64,000 nt of DNA from Steroidobacteraceae bacterium (GCA_035542535.1 DATKLG010000004.1:20672-84671); one strand, 5' to 3'. Numbered from the stretch's first letter, positions 46,111-58,178 are shown. Made by a program: numbers and translations. Notes: generated from the sequence alone by a model not told the origin.

Positions 46111-48993
46111 TTATACCTGCCCCGCGGGTGGCTCCGCGCCGCCCATGGCGGCGTCCCAGATGCGACTGACCTCGGCACGCGCGACGCGGAACTCCTCCGG
46201 GGGAGCGAGCGGGGGCTGACCGGCGAGCGCCAGATGGTGCGCGGTGGCGCGGTAGGCACGATAGGCGTCGGTGAGGACGTCGACGTCGGCCTGCGGGACG
46301 AGATCCGCCGAGGCGACCGACTCGAGCTGGCGGATGGTGTCGGCGAACATCGCCACCGCCGGGTAGCGCTCCGCCCAGCGGAGCGCCCAGTACTGCGCCA
46401 GGAATTCGATGTCGGCGATGCCACCTGCGTCCTGCTTGATATCGAAACGCGCCGCTCCGCCCTTGGAAAGCTCCCGGCGCATGCGCTCGCGCATGGCGCG
46501 CACCTCGCTGCGCAGGCTGTCGCGGCGCACGTGATGGCACAGAATGTCGAGTCGTATGCGCTCGAACTCGGCGCGCAGCTCCGGGGAGCCGGCGACGCTG
46601 CGGGCGTGCAGCAGCGCCTGGTGCTCCCAGGTCCAGGCCTCGCGCCGCTGGTACTCGGCGAACGCCCCGATGTTGGTCACCAGCAGCCCTCCCTTGCCGC
46701 TCGGCCGCAGCCGCACGTCGACCTCGTAGAGCCGCCCGGCCGCGGAATGCACGGTGAGCAGGTGCACGATGCGCTGCGCGAGGCGCACGAAGAACAGCTG
46801 GTTGTCGATGGGTGAGGCGGCGCTGGTCTCCTGACGCTCGCCGTGCGAGTCGTGCAGGAACACCAGGTCGAGATCGGACGAGTAGCCGAGCTCCATGCCG
46901 CCGAGCTTGCCGTAGCCCAACGCGCAGATATTGACCGGCCGGCCGTCGTCGCACGTCGGTACCCCGAACTGCGCGCTCATCTGCCGCCACGCAAGCTCGA
47001 GCGCCCGCTCGATGATGAGCTCGGCGATGTCGGTGAGCCGGTCGCTCACCTGCATGAGCGGCATGGCGCCGGTCAGGTCGGCCACCGCCACGCGGAACAG
47101 CGCCGCGCTCTGAAAATGGCGCAGCGCCTCCACCTGGTGCTCCGGCTCCTCATCGTGCAGCTGCCCGAGACGCTGGCCGAGCTCGGCGCCAAGGGAGGCA
47201 CGAGTCGGCAGCTGCGACAAGAGGCGCTCGTCGATCAGCTCATCGAGCAGCAGCGGCTGCGCGGCGATCTGCGCCGCCAGGAACTCCCCGCGCGCGACCA
47301 GCTCGACCAGGCGCGCACGCGCCGCGGCGTTCTCGCGCAGCAGGGCGAAGTAGGCCGAGCGTTTGCCGGTCGCCTCGATGATCGTAATGATCCGGCGCAG
47401 CACCGGCAGCTGCGCGCCGCTGCGGGCCACGTCCGCGAGCAGCGCCGGCAGCAGTGCCTGCAGGCGCCTGCGTCCCGGCTCGTCGAGCTTGCGCACCAGG
47501 CTCGATGCGCGCAGCTCGAGCAGCAACCGCGCGACTTCCGCGCCGTCGCTGAATCCGGCGGCGGCGAGCGACTCGGCGAGCGCCGCGGCCTCCGCCTTGC
47601 TGTCCCAGAACCGCCCCAGGTCGATCCGCACGGTGGCGTCGGGCTCGGCGCCGCCGAGAATGACCTCGCGGAAGTGCCCGCGCACGCACTCGCGATGCCG
47701 GTTGAGCTCGGCGAGCAGCGCCGGCCAGTCGCGCGCTCCCATGGCGAGCGCGATCCGCGCGCGCGCGAGCGGCTCCACCGGCAATGTGTGCGTCTGGGCG
47801 TCGGCGAGCATCTGCAGGCGGTTCTCGATCCGGCGCAGGTAGACGTACGCTGCATCGAGCTGCGCGGTGACCTCGGGGAGCAGGGCACGCGTCTCACCGA
47901 GGCGGGCCAGCGCCGTGCGCAGCACGGGTGTCTGCAGACTCCGGTCGCGCCCGCCGCGCGTCAGCTGCAGCGCCTGCACGATGAACTCGATCTCGCGAAT
48001 GCCCCCGGGGCCGAGCTTGACGTCGTCGGCCAGCTCGCGGCGCTCCACCTCGCGGGCGATCAGGGCCTTCATCTCCCGCAGGCTCTCGAATACCCCGTAG
48101 TCGAGATAGCGCCGGTACACGAACGGCCGCACCGCCGACGCCTCGATCTCGGCATAGCGTTCCACGGCGGTCACCGCACGTGCCTTGACGTAGGCGTAGC
48201 GCTCCCAGTCGCGGCCGTGCCGCGGCAGATAGTCCTCGAAGGAAGCGAAGCTCGCGACCACGGGACCGGAGTCGCCGAAGGGCCGCAGGCGCAAGTCCAC
48301 CCGCAGCACGAAGCCCTCGGGGGTCGGCGCTTCGAGCAGCCGGACCAGGGCCTGCGCCAGGCGGGTAAAGAACTCCTCGTTGGCGATGCCGCGAGCGCCG
48401 TCGGTGTCGCCGTGCTCGGGGAAGAGCAGCACCAGATCGACGTCCGAGGAGAAATTGAGCTCCCCGCCGCCGAGTTTGCCCATGGCGACGACGACCAGCG
48501 GCTGAACCTCGCCGGCTGCGGAGCGTGGCTCGCCGTAGCGCTCGACGAGCGCATGGCGGGCATAGGCAATGGCGCTGCGGATAGCGGCGTCTGCGAATGC
48601 GGTGAGATCGGCGAGGGTCTCATCGAGCCCGGCCCAGCCGGCGAGATCCCGCCAGGCGATGCGCGTCAGCTCGTAGCGCCGCCAGCGCCGCAGCGCGCGC
48701 TGCGCCTCTGCCTCGGGAGTCGCAGCATGCAACTGCGGTGCGCGCCCGCCGAGCTCGGCGGGGAGGAGGCGCCGGGTGAGGTCACCGCGCGACACGAGCG
48801 CTTCGAGGAGCTGCGGATCGCGGGCGCAGGAATCGGCGACGAAATCGCTCCCTGCCAGTACCGGGGTCAGCGAGCCGCGAATCTCCGCAGGCGCACCCGC
48901 GAGGACGGAGCGCGCGAGCGGCTCGGCCTCGAGCCGCTCGAGGGCACGCCGAACCAGGCTCTCGAGCCCCGGGCTCGCGTCAATTCCAGACAT
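46111..48993 (-). CDS. glnE: bifunctional glutamine synthetase adenylyltransferase/adenylyl-removing enzyme
   Basis: 960 aa with two nucleotidyltransferase domains (GKLGGGELNFSSDVDLVLLF and GKLGGMELGYSSDLDLVFLH). Confidence 0.95.
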   Translation of the reverse strand: MSGIDASPGLESLVRRALERLEAEPLARSVLAGAPAEIRGSLTPVLAGSDFVADSCARDPQLLEALVSRGDLTRRLLPAELGGRAPQLHAATPEAEAQRALRRWRRYELTRIAWRDLAGWAGLDETLADLTAFADAAIRSAIAYARHALVERYGEPRSAAGEVQPLVVVAMGKLGGGELNFSSDVDLVLLFPEHGDTDGARGIANEEFFTRLAQALVRLLEAPTPEGFVLRVDLRLRPFGDSGPVVASFASFEDYLPRHGRDWERYAYVKARAVTAVERYAEIEASAVRPFVYRRYLDYGVFESLREMKALIAREVERRELADDVKLGPGGIREIEFIVQALQLTRGGRDRSLQTPVLRTALARLGETRALLPEVTAQLDAAYVYLRRIENRLQMLADAQTHTLPVEPLARARIALAMGARDWPALLAELNRHRECVRGHFREVILGGAEPDATVRIDLGRFWDSKAEAAALAESLAAAGFSDGAEVARLLLELRASSLVRKLDEPGRRRLQALLPALLADVARSGAQLPVLRRIITIIEATGKRSAYFALLRENAAARARLVELVARGEFLAAQIAAQPLLLDELIDERLLSQLPTRASLGAELGQRLGQLHDEEPEHQVEALRHFQSAALFRVAVADLTGAMPLMQVSDRLTDIAELIIERALELAWRQMSAQFGVPTCDDGRPVNICALGYGKLGGMELGYSSDLDLVFLHDSHGERQETSAASPIDNQLFFVRLAQRIVHLLTVHSAAGRLYEVDVRLRPSGKGGLLVTNIGAFAEYQRREAWTWEHQALLHARSVAGSPELRAEFERIRLDILCHHVRRDSLRSEVRAMRERMRRELSKGGAARFDIKQDAGGIADIEFLAQYWALRWAERYPAVAMFADTIRQLESVASADLVPQADVDVLTDAYRAYRATAHHLALAGQPPLAPPEEFRVARAEVSRIWDAAMGGAEPPAGQV

Positions 48994-49873
48994 TGCCCCC
49001 GAGGTCGTGCACGGCCGCGGTATCGAGCCGGCGGCTCAAGCCGCGGAATCTCGAGGAGGCGGTGTAGATCTGTGCGCCGTCGGAGGCCTCGATCGAGGCG
49101 GCGTCTCCCTCGATGAGGCTGTTGTCGATGTGAACGTTGGCGGCGCGCGCCGAGACGCCGACGCCCGTGGCGCGGATGCGGCTGTTGGTGATGTGGATCT
49201 CGCAGCCGTCCTCGGCGCTCACCGCATCGCCCTCGAACTGGAGGTTGAGATTGTCGATGTGCAGCATCCGCTGGCCCTGGCAGACGATCGGCTCGCGACG
49301 CAGCTCGGCGGCCGCGGGCGGCCCGGGCTCGCGCGCGGCCGGGGTGCTCGCGGGAGCGGCGGCCGCCTCGATGAGGTATCCGGGGCCGGCCTCGATCACC
49401 TGCCCCGGAACGGGACGGGCGGGACTGCCGGGCTGCAGAGCCCGTGAGGCGAACACCGGGGGCTCGGCGGCGGGCCTCGCAGCGGGCGGCTCTTGGGGAC
49501 GCCCGGCAGCCTCCTCGGTCGCAGCGGCAGCCGGTGCGCCCTTGGCAGCGCTCTCGTCGCTCTCACCCGTGGGAGCCGCCGCGGCGGCCGGTGTGGCAGC
49601 CGCGCTCGCAGCCGGCGGCGCGCTGGCGGGCGCGGGCGCTGCGGTCACCTGGTCGGCGCGCACGACGCTGAGCGCGCCGGTGTCCTTGCTGCGCACGGTG
49701 AAGGTACGGGCCTGCGGGTCGGTCGCCACGATCTCGATGCGCTCATTGCGCTCGAGCGCAGCGCGGGCCCAGCTCATCTCGTCCTGCGCCGGGTGGCTGC
49801 AGGCAGCGAGCGTCAGGGAGCCGAAGCACGCTGCTGCCAGCAGTGCGCATGTGCGAGCTTTCGCGTAAGCCAT
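48980..49873 (-). CDS. lipoprotein of unknown function with Ala/Pro-rich linker and short beta-helix-like C-terminal repeats
   Basis: ATG 49873 follows GGGGAG. The lipobox is SLTLAAC. A ~130-aa low-complexity A/P/E linker is followed by a C-terminal module with IHITNSRI / VHIDNSLI / IEASDGAQI periodicity. The 3' end overlaps the glnE start by 14 nt. Confidence 0.6.
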   Translation of the reverse strand: MAYAKARTCALLAAACFGSLTLAACSHPAQDEMSWARAALERNERIEIVATDPQARTFTVRSKDTGALSVVRADQVTAAPAPASAPPAASAAATPAAAAAPTGESDESAAKGAPAAAATEEAAGRPQEPPAARPAAEPPVFASRALQPGSPARPVPGQVIEAGPGYLIEAAAAPASTPAAREPGPPAAAELRREPIVCQGQRMLHIDNLNLQFEGDAVSAEDGCEIHITNSRIRATGVGVSARAANVHIDNSLIEGDAASIEASDGAQIYTASSRFRGLSRRLDTAAVHDLGGNVWN

Positions 49874-49911
49874 GACGATCTCCCCGAAGAGAACCCTCGA
49901 GGCACGATAAA

Positions 49912-49941
49912 CCAAAAAAACAGGCCCCACGAGGGGGCCTG
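49912..49941 (-). terminator. Rho-independent terminator downstream of groEL
   Basis: The minus strand reads CAGGCCCC-CTCGT-GGGGCCTG followed by TTTTTTTGG (hairpin 49921-49941, T-tract 49914-49920). Confidence 0.75.
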
Positions 49942-50083
49942 CGAATGATGCGCGGAATAGGGGGTCTTGTTCCGCGTCTTTGGGGGCTGCGCCCCGGCTG
50001 AGAGCCGGGGCGCGAACCCCTAACCGTTATGTAAAGCCTATCGACTCACTGTTACAGAATCGATACCTCTTTAGAGAGGGTCT

Positions 50084-52026
<1,943 letters not shown>

Positions 52027-52083
52027 GGGTGTTCGCTCCTTAAAACTCTTGATGATTGATGGGTTATTCGCCGCGAGGGGCTA

Positions 52084-52110
52084 TTAGCACTCCCCCCGTG
52101 TGGCTGCTAA
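52084..52110. promoter_or_regulatory. CIRCE-like inverted repeat (HrcA operator) in the groES leader
   Basis: TTAGCACTC-N9-GGCTGCTAA compared with the consensus TTAGCACTC-N9-GAGTGCTAA. One half-site is perfect and the other matches 7 of 9. It lies ~60-85 nt upstream of the groES ATG. Confidence 0.7.
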
Positions 52111-52111
52111 T

Positions 52112-52138
52112 GATAGGGGGGAGCCCTGCAAATTCAAG
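52112..52138 (-). promoter_or_regulatory. sigma-32 (RpoH)-type heat-shock promoter candidate for groESL
   Basis: The minus strand reads CTTGAA (52138-52133), a 12-13 nt spacer, then CCCCCTATCA (-10 like CCCCATNT / CYTATNT). It sits immediately upstream of the CIRCE element. Confidence 0.5.
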
Positions 52139-52254
52139 CGGTGGCCGGCCTTTTTTCCCCGGAAGGACGACTTTCGGATCGATGCGGCGGTCTTCTCCGG
52201 GATGAACCCCAGTTCCTGCCACTCGTCCAAGGCTTGCGCTATAAAGCAACCGAT

Positions 52255-54111
52255 ATGCGCCCAGCTATTAGACATATTCTCGCAGCCCTGATCCTGGCCG
52301 GACCGGCTTTCGCCGCGTGGGCAGAGCCGCCCGCGTCCTCGCCGGATGCCGCAGCGCCCTCGAAGGGCATGAGCTCCGTCCTCGGGCCCGCCAAGTCCAC
52401 CGCGGATGACTTCCTTCCCCCGGATGAGGCCTTCCGCTTCGATGCCCTCGCAGCCGGGAGCGATCGGGTCGCCCTCAACTGGGAGATCGCCGAGGGCTAC
52501 TACCTCTACCGGGCGCGCATCAAGGTCGCAACTGCGAGCGCCGCCGCGCAGCTCGGCTCGCCCGAGTTTCCGGCCGGCCAGATCAAGAACGATGAGTATT
52601 TCGGGAAGCAGGAGATCTATCACCATGAATTGCGGGTCACGGTGCCGGTGGCGCGCGCCGCGGGCGGCGCGTTCGTTCTGCCGCTCCAGGTGACCTACCA
52701 GGGCTGCGCGGAGAAGGGCCTGTGCTACCCGCCGATCACCAAGACGGTGAGCGTGTCGCTGCCGGGAGGCGCGAGCGCGGCTGGCGGCGGAGGCGGCGCC
52801 ACGGGTGATGCGGGTGGCGGCGGGCCCTCGGAGCAGTCGCGCTTCGCGCGTCTGCTCGGCGGAAATTTCTTCCTGATGTTCGGCGGCTTCTACCTGGCCG
52901 GCCTGCTTCTCGCCTTCACGCCCTGCGTGCTGCCGATGGTGCCGATCCTCTCGGGCATCATCGCCGGGGGCGGTTCTCGCGTAACGACCTCGCGTGCGTT
53001 CGCGCTCTCGCTGACCTATGTGCTCGGTATGGCGCTTACCTATACGGCCGCAGGCATCGCCGGGGCGGCCATGGGCCGCGAGGTGCAGGCGCTCTTCCAG
53101 CAGTGGTGGGTGCTGACGCTGTTCGCCGCGGTGTTCGTCGCCATGGCGCTGTCGATGTTCGGCCTCTTTACCGTGCAGATGCCGGCCGCGATCCAGACCC
53201 GCATCGCCGACGTGAGCAACCGTCAGTCCGCCGGCACCTTCGGGGGCGTCGCCATGATGGGGGCGCTGTCGGCGCTGATCGTGACGACCTGCGTGGGACC
53301 TGCGCTGGTTGCGGCGCTGCTCGTCATCAGCCAGACGGGCCAGATCGCCCGCGGCGGGGCGGCGCTGTTCGCCATGAGCATCGGCATGGGGACCCCGCTG
53401 CTCATCGTGGGTGCCTCGGCCGGCAAGCTGCTGCCGAAGGCCGGACCCTGGATGGACTTCGTCAAGAAGCTCTTCGGCGTGATGATGCTCGCGGTGGCGG
53501 CGTGGATGCTCGCGCGCATCGTCCCCGATCGCGTGGCGCTGCTGCTCTGGGCGGTTCCCGCACTCACGCTGGCGTGGCTCCTGTGGTTTGGACTCAAGGC
53601 ACGCTCACACCTCGTGTGGGCGGTGCGTTTCGCCGGGCTCGCCGCCGGTGTCTACGGCGTCGCACTCGCCGCCGGGTCGGCGCTCGGCGGTACGGATCCC
53701 TTGAGCCCCATCCCGGCTCTCGCGCACCCGGCGCATGAGCTGCCGTTCACCAGAATTCGCACCGTCGCCGATCTCGAGCGCGAGGTGCGCGCGGCGAGCG
53801 CAGCGCGGCGCGGCGTGCTGCTCGACTTCTCCGCCGACTGGTGCACGTCGTGCAAGGAGATGGAGCGCTACACGTTCACGGATCCGGGCGTACAGCGCTC
53901 GCTCGCGAACGTCTCCCTGTTGCGCGCCGACGTGACCGCCGACGACGCCGACGATCAGGCGCTGCTCAAGCGCTTCGGCATCATCGGACCCCCGACCATC
54001 GCCTTCTACGGGCCGGACGGAAGGGAGCGGAGCCAGTATCGGGTGGTCGGGTACATGAAGGCGGATGCCTTCGCGGCCCGGGCGCGCGAGGCGCTGCAAG
54101 CGCCACCGTGA
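52255..54111 (+). CDS. dsbD: thiol:disulfide interchange protein DsbD
   Basis: A signal peptide and N-terminal domain (YQGCAEKGLCYPP) are followed by a central TM domain (FTPCVLPMVPIL) and a C-terminal thioredoxin domain (DWCTSCKEME). ATG 52255 gives 618 aa. Confidence 0.93.
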   Translation: MRPAIRHILAALILAGPAFAAWAEPPASSPDAAAPSKGMSSVLGPAKSTADDFLPPDEAFRFDALAAGSDRVALNWEIAEGYYLYRARIKVATASAAAQLGSPEFPAGQIKNDEYFGKQEIYHHELRVTVPVARAAGGAFVLPLQVTYQGCAEKGLCYPPITKTVSVSLPGGASAAGGGGGATGDAGGGGPSEQSRFARLLGGNFFLMFGGFYLAGLLLAFTPCVLPMVPILSGIIAGGGSRVTTSRAFALSLTYVLGMALTYTAAGIAGAAMGREVQALFQQWWVLTLFAAVFVAMALSMFGLFTVQMPAAIQTRIADVSNRQSAGTFGGVAMMGALSALIVTTCVGPALVAALLVISQTGQIARGGAALFAMSIGMGTPLLIVGASAGKLLPKAGPWMDFVKKLFGVMMLAVAAWMLARIVPDRVALLLWAVPALTLAWLLWFGLKARSHLVWAVRFAGLAAGVYGVALAAGSALGGTDPLSPIPALAHPAHELPFTRIRTVADLEREVRAASAARRGVLLDFSADWCTSCKEMERYTFTDPGVQRSLANVSLLRADVTADDADDQALLKRFGIIGPPTIAFYGPDGRERSQYRVVGYMKADAFAARAREALQAPP

Positions 54112-54818
54112 CCCGCCCGGCGCGCTCGGCCGCCACGGTCGTGGCGGTCGTCGGCATCCTCCTGGGCGCAGGGACCGCGGGCTTTCTCGTACATCGCCTC
54201 GCGGCCCCGCAGAGGTCCACCCTTCGACCGGCCCTCGCGCCCACCCTCCCGGCACGAACGGTCGCGCGGCAGCCGGCCCCGGAACGGCGGGCGATCCCTG
54301 AGGACCTGCCGGACTTCTCGCTTCCGGATCTCGAGGGAACCCCGCACAAGCTCGCGGACTGGCGCGGCCAGCCACTGGCCATCAATTTCTGGGCGACCTG
54401 GTGCGAGCCCTGCCGCCGTGAGATCCCCCTGCTCGAAGCCATCCGTGAGGAAAATCGTCGAAACAGCTTCGAAGTAGTCGGCATCGCAATCGATCATCGC
54501 GATTCTGTGCTGGAATACAGCCGGAAGCTCAGGATCAGATACCCGATTCTGGTCGGCGAGAAGGGGGGCCTCGAGGCGGTTACGGCCTTCGGGGTGGACG
54601 TGGTCCTGCCCTTCACGGTCTTTGCCGACCACACGGGCCGTATCGTGGCGCTCAAGATCGGGGAGTTGCATCGGGACGAGGCGACGTTCATTCTCGCGCG
54701 CCTGATGGACCTCGAGGCGGGACGCCTGAGCCTCGCCGGCGCCCGTGAGCAGATCGGAGAGGGGATCCGCCGGCTTGCGCAGGCGCGCGCGAGCCCGGAC
54801 GGCCAGGGGAGCAACTGA
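54108..54818 (+). CDS. TlpA/ResA-like membrane-anchored thioredoxin-fold disulfide reductase
   Basis: GTG 54108 overlaps the dsbD stop (GTGA). A TM anchor (AATVVAVVGILLGAGTAGFLV) precedes the thioredoxin motif FWATWCEPCRRE. Confidence 0.8.
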   Translation: MTRPARSAATVVAVVGILLGAGTAGFLVHRLAAPQRSTLRPALAPTLPARTVARQPAPERRAIPEDLPDFSLPDLEGTPHKLADWRGQPLAINFWATWCEPCRREIPLLEAIREENRRNSFEVVGIAIDHRDSVLEYSRKLRIRYPILVGEKGGLEAVTAFGVDVVLPFTVFADHTGRIVALKIGELHRDEATFILARLMDLEAGRLSLAGAREQIGEGIRRLAQARASPDGQGSN

Positions 54819-54934
54819 TCCAAGTTCTGCGAGATCCCTGCAGATCTCGTAAGAACTCTCCCATATCGCAGCGAATTAAGGTACATTCGCGGCGCTTGCG
54901 TGATTCACGCGCCCCCTGAGAAGACGCGCCGCTC

Positions 54935-55381
54935 ATGGCCCGAGTGCTGCTGCTGAACGGCCCCAACCTGAATCTGCTCGGGACCCGCGAGCCGACGCTC
55001 TACGGTACCGACACGCTCGAGTCGATCGAGAAACGTGCGGCCGCGCTGGCCCGCGAAGCCGGGCATGAGCTGGTCGCCTTCCAGAGCAACGCCGAGCACG
55101 AGCTGATCGGCCGCATCCAGAATGCGCCGGGCGAGGGTGTCGCCCTCGTGATCTTCAATCCGGGCGCTTTCACCCACACGAGCATTGCGCTGCGCGATGC
55201 GCTCCTCGGGGCGCATCTTCCCTTCATCGAGCTACACCTATCCAACACACAGGCACGCGAGCCGTTCCGCCGGCACTCGTACTTCTCCGATATCGCCGTC
55301 GGCGTCATCGCCGGCTTCGGCGCCTTCGGCTACGAGCTGGCGGTGCGCGCGGCGGCGCAGCGGCTCGCCCGCGGCGGCTGA
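54935..55381 (+). CDS. aroQ: type II 3-dehydroquinate dehydratase
   Basis: [24 protein letters not shown]...[17 protein letters not shown]. Length is 148 aa. Confidence 0.95.
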   Translation: MARVLLLNGPNLNLLGTREPTLYGTDTLESIEKRAAALAREAGHELVAFQSNAEHELIGRIQNAPGEGVALVIFNPGAFTHTSIALRDALLGAHLPFIELHLSNTQAREPFRRHSYFSDIAVGVIAGFGAFGYELAVRAAAQRLARGG

Positions 55382-55424
55382 ACCGAAAGACCTTCCGGCT
55401 TTCCGACCTGGGGGCATTCCCGGC

Positions 55425-55892
55425 ATGGACATACGAAAAATCAAGAAGCTGATCGAGCTGCTGGAGGAATCCGGCATCGCGGAGATCGAGATCAAGGAGG
55501 GGGAAGAGGCGGTGCGCATCAGCCGCATGGGCACGCCCGGCGTGCCGGTCACTCAGGTGGTGCATCCCGCGGCCCCAGCGCAGGCCGCAGTTGCGGCCCA
55601 GGTGCCGGAGCTGCAGCCGGCCGCGCTCGCCGCCTCCGCCAGCAAGCCCAAACCCAACGAGCACGTCATCACCGCGCCCATGGTGGGAACCTTCTACGCA
55701 GCCCCCTCGCCGGGCGCGAAGGCCTTCGTCGACATCGGCGATGAGGTCAAGGTCGGCCAAGTGCTGTGCGTCATCGAGGCGATGAAGATGATGAACCAGA
55801 TCGAGACCGACAAGGCCGGGCGTATCGCCTCGATCATGGCGCGCAACGGCGACCCGGTCGAATTCGGCCAGCCCCTGTTCGTCATCGAATAG
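55425..55892 (+). CDS. accB: acetyl-CoA carboxylase biotin carboxyl carrier protein
   Basis: [28 protein letters not shown]... and the biotinylation motif [13 protein letters not shown] are present. Start is ATG 55425. Confidence 0.95.
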   Translation: MDIRKIKKLIELLEESGIAEIEIKEGEEAVRISRMGTPGVPVTQVVHPAAPAQAAVAAQVPELQPAALAASASKPKPNEHVITAPMVGTFYAAPSPGAKAFVDIGDEVKVGQVLCVIEAMKMMNQIETDKAGRIASIMARNGDPVEFGQPLFVIE

Positions 55893-55899
55893 ACGCACC

Positions 55900-57243
55900 A
55901 TGATCGAGAAGCTGGTCATCGCCAATCGCGGCGAGATCGCCTTGCGGATCCTGCGGGCCTGCCGCGAGCTCGGCATCAAGACGGTGGCCGTGCATTCGAC
56001 CGCCGACTACAGCTTGAAGCACGTGCTGCTCGCGGACGAGTCCGTGTGCATCGGGCCGCCGCCGTCCTCCGGCAGCTACCTCAACATGCCGGCGATCATC
56101 TCGGCGGCGGAAGTCACTGACTCGGTGGCGATCCACCCCGGCTACGGCTTCCTCTCGGAGAACGCCGACTTCGCCGAGCGCGTCGAGAACTCGGGCTTCG
56201 TGTACGTCGGCCCCAAGGCCGAGACCATCCGCATCATGGGCGACAAGGTCTCGGCCATCAAGGTCATGAAGTCGTACGGGGTGCCGTGTGTGCCCGGCTC
56301 CGACGGCCCCCTCGGTGAGGACAACGACGAGAACCTGCGCGTCGCGCGCGACATCGGCTACCCGGTGATCATCAAGGCCTCCGGCGGCGGCGGCGGCCGC
56401 GGGATGCGCGTGGTGCATACCGAGGCCTCGCTCCTCAACGCCATCGGCATCACGAGCGCCGAGGCGCGCGCCGCCTTCGGCAACGACCAGGTCTACATGG
56501 AGAAATTCCTCGAGCGGCCGCGCCATATCGAGTTCCAGGTGCTCGGCGATGCCCACGGCAACGTCATCCATCTCGGCGAGCGCGACTGCTCCATGCAGCG
56601 CCGTCACCAGAAGGTGATCGAGGAGGCGCCCGCCCCCGGAATCACCCTGAGGCAGCGCAAGACCATGGGGGACCGGTGCGTCGAGGCCTGCCGCGCGGTG
56701 GGCTATCGCAGCGCCGGCACGCTGGAGTTCCTCTACGAGGACGGCGAGTTCTACTTCATCGAGATGAATACCCGCATCCAGGTGGAGCATCCGGTGACCG
56801 AGCTCATCACCGGCATCGACCTGGTCAAGGCGCAACTCCTGATCGCGAGCGGCGAGCGGCTGCCCTACTCCCAGAGCGACGTGCAGATCCGCGGCCACGC
56901 GATCGAGTGCCGCATCAATGCCGAGGACCCCAAGACCTTCATGCCCTCGCCCGGACCCATCCGTCTCTGGCACGCCCCGGGCGGCCCCGGCATCCGCGTG
57001 GACAGTCACGTGTACTCCGGCTACAACGTACCGCCCTACTACGACTCGCTCATCGCCAAGCTGATCGCGTATGGCGACAGCCGCGAGACCGCCATCGCGC
57101 GCATGAAGAACGCGCTGGCGGAAATGGTGATCGAGGGCATCAAGACCAATGTCGCCCTGCATCAGGAGATCTTCAACCACGCGGCATTCCAGAAGGGTGG
57201 CACCGACATTCACTACCTCGAGCGGCGGCTGGGTCTGCGCTGA
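55900..57243 (+). CDS. accC: acetyl-CoA carboxylase biotin carboxylase subunit
   Basis: [33 protein letters not shown]... with an ATP-grasp domain. Length is 447 aa. Confidence 0.97.
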   Translation: MIEKLVIANRGEIALRILRACRELGIKTVAVHSTADYSLKHVLLADESVCIGPPPSSGSYLNMPAIISAAEVTDSVAIHPGYGFLSENADFAERVENSGFVYVGPKAETIRIMGDKVSAIKVMKSYGVPCVPGSDGPLGEDNDENLRVARDIGYPVIIKASGGGGGRGMRVVHTEASLLNAIGITSAEARAAFGNDQVYMEKFLERPRHIEFQVLGDAHGNVIHLGERDCSMQRRHQKVIEEAPAPGITLRQRKTMGDRCVEACRAVGYRSAGTLEFLYEDGEFYFIEMNTRIQVEHPVTELITGIDLVKAQLLIASGERLPYSQSDVQIRGHAIECRINAEDPKTFMPSPGPIRLWHAPGGPGIRVDSHVYSGYNVPPYYDSLIAKLIAYGDSRETAIARMKNALAEMVIEGIKTNVALHQEIFNHAAFQKGGTDIHYLERRLGLR

Positions 57244-57270
57244 GTGTGGCGAGCGTGTGAGCCCGAGCGC

Positions 57271-58149
57271 ATGGCTTCGCTCGTCACGGTTTCCTTCGAC
57301 TTAGGGGCGCTCGATCCCGCGGAAGCGGACAGCGCCTGCTTCGCCTGCGGAGCCGCAGCAGTCAGCTACTCCGACGCGCGCGACCAGCCGGTGCTCGAGC
57401 CCCTCCCGGGCGAGGTGCGCCTGTGGCCCGCGACGCGTCTCACGGCGCTGTTCGTCGACGCCGGCGACCCCGACGCGCTCGCGGGCGCGCTGGCCGCAGC
57501 GCTCGCCCTGCCTCCCGGGCTGCTCAGCGCCGCGCTACTGCCCGACCGAGCCTGGGAGCGTGAATGGCTCCGGGACTTCCATGCCATGCGCTTCGGCGAG
57601 CGCCTTTGGGTGTGCCCGCGGCACGAGCGGGTGGCGGATCCCGCCGCCGTGATCGTCACGCTCGACCCGGGGCTTGCCTTCGGCACCGGAACCCATCCGA
57701 GCACGGCCCTGTGCCTCACTTACCTCGACGCGCATCTCGCGCGCGGGGCGCGCGCCATCGACTACGGCTGCGGCTCGGGCGTGCTCGCGCTCGCCAGCGC
57801 CAAGCTCGGGGCGGCCGAGGTCCATTGCTTCGACATCGATGCTCAGGCGCTCCTCGCCACGCGCGAGAACGCGCTCGAGAACGGCGTCGCCGACCTCGTG
57901 CACGTCCACGGGGACGCGGCCGAGCTCCCGACGGGCGTCGACGTGCTGATGGCGAACATTCTTTCCAGCCCGCTGTGCGCGCTCGCCCCGAGGTTCGCGC
58001 AGCTCGTGCGCCCGGGTGGCGAGGCAGTGCTCGCGGGCCTCATGCGCCACGAGGTCCGCGACGTGACAGGCGCTTACGCCGCGTGGTTTGATGTCGAGGG
58101 GTGTGGAGAACGGGGCGACTGGGCGTGCCTGCGCGCGCGCCGTCGCTAG
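57271..58149 (+). CDS. prmA: ribosomal protein L11 methyltransferase
   Basis: FGTGTHPSTALCLTYLD and the SAM motif AIDYGCGSGVLALA are present. The gene follows accBC. Start is ATG 57271. Confidence 0.9.
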   Translation: MASLVTVSFDLGALDPAEADSACFACGAAAVSYSDARDQPVLEPLPGEVRLWPATRLTALFVDAGDPDALAGALAAALALPPGLLSAALLPDRAWEREWLRDFHAMRFGERLWVCPRHERVADPAAVIVTLDPGLAFGTGTHPSTALCLTYLDAHLARGARAIDYGCGSGVLALASAKLGAAEVHCFDIDAQALLATRENALENGVADLVHVHGDAAELPTGVDVLMANILSSPLCALAPRFAQLVRPGGEAVLAGLMRHEVRDVTGAYAAWFDVEGCGERGDWACLRARRR

Positions 58150-58178
58150 AGCCACCTCGAGGGCGAGCCGCTGCTTCG

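Noticed and set aside
52064-52626. Small or medium ORFs in and around the groES-dsbD intergenic region (52064-52249 -, 52084-52626 -, 52100-52291 +)
   Set aside because: They overlap the CIRCE/promoter region and the dsbD 5' end. They have no SD sequence and no recognisable domains. The region is better explained as the two divergent leaders.
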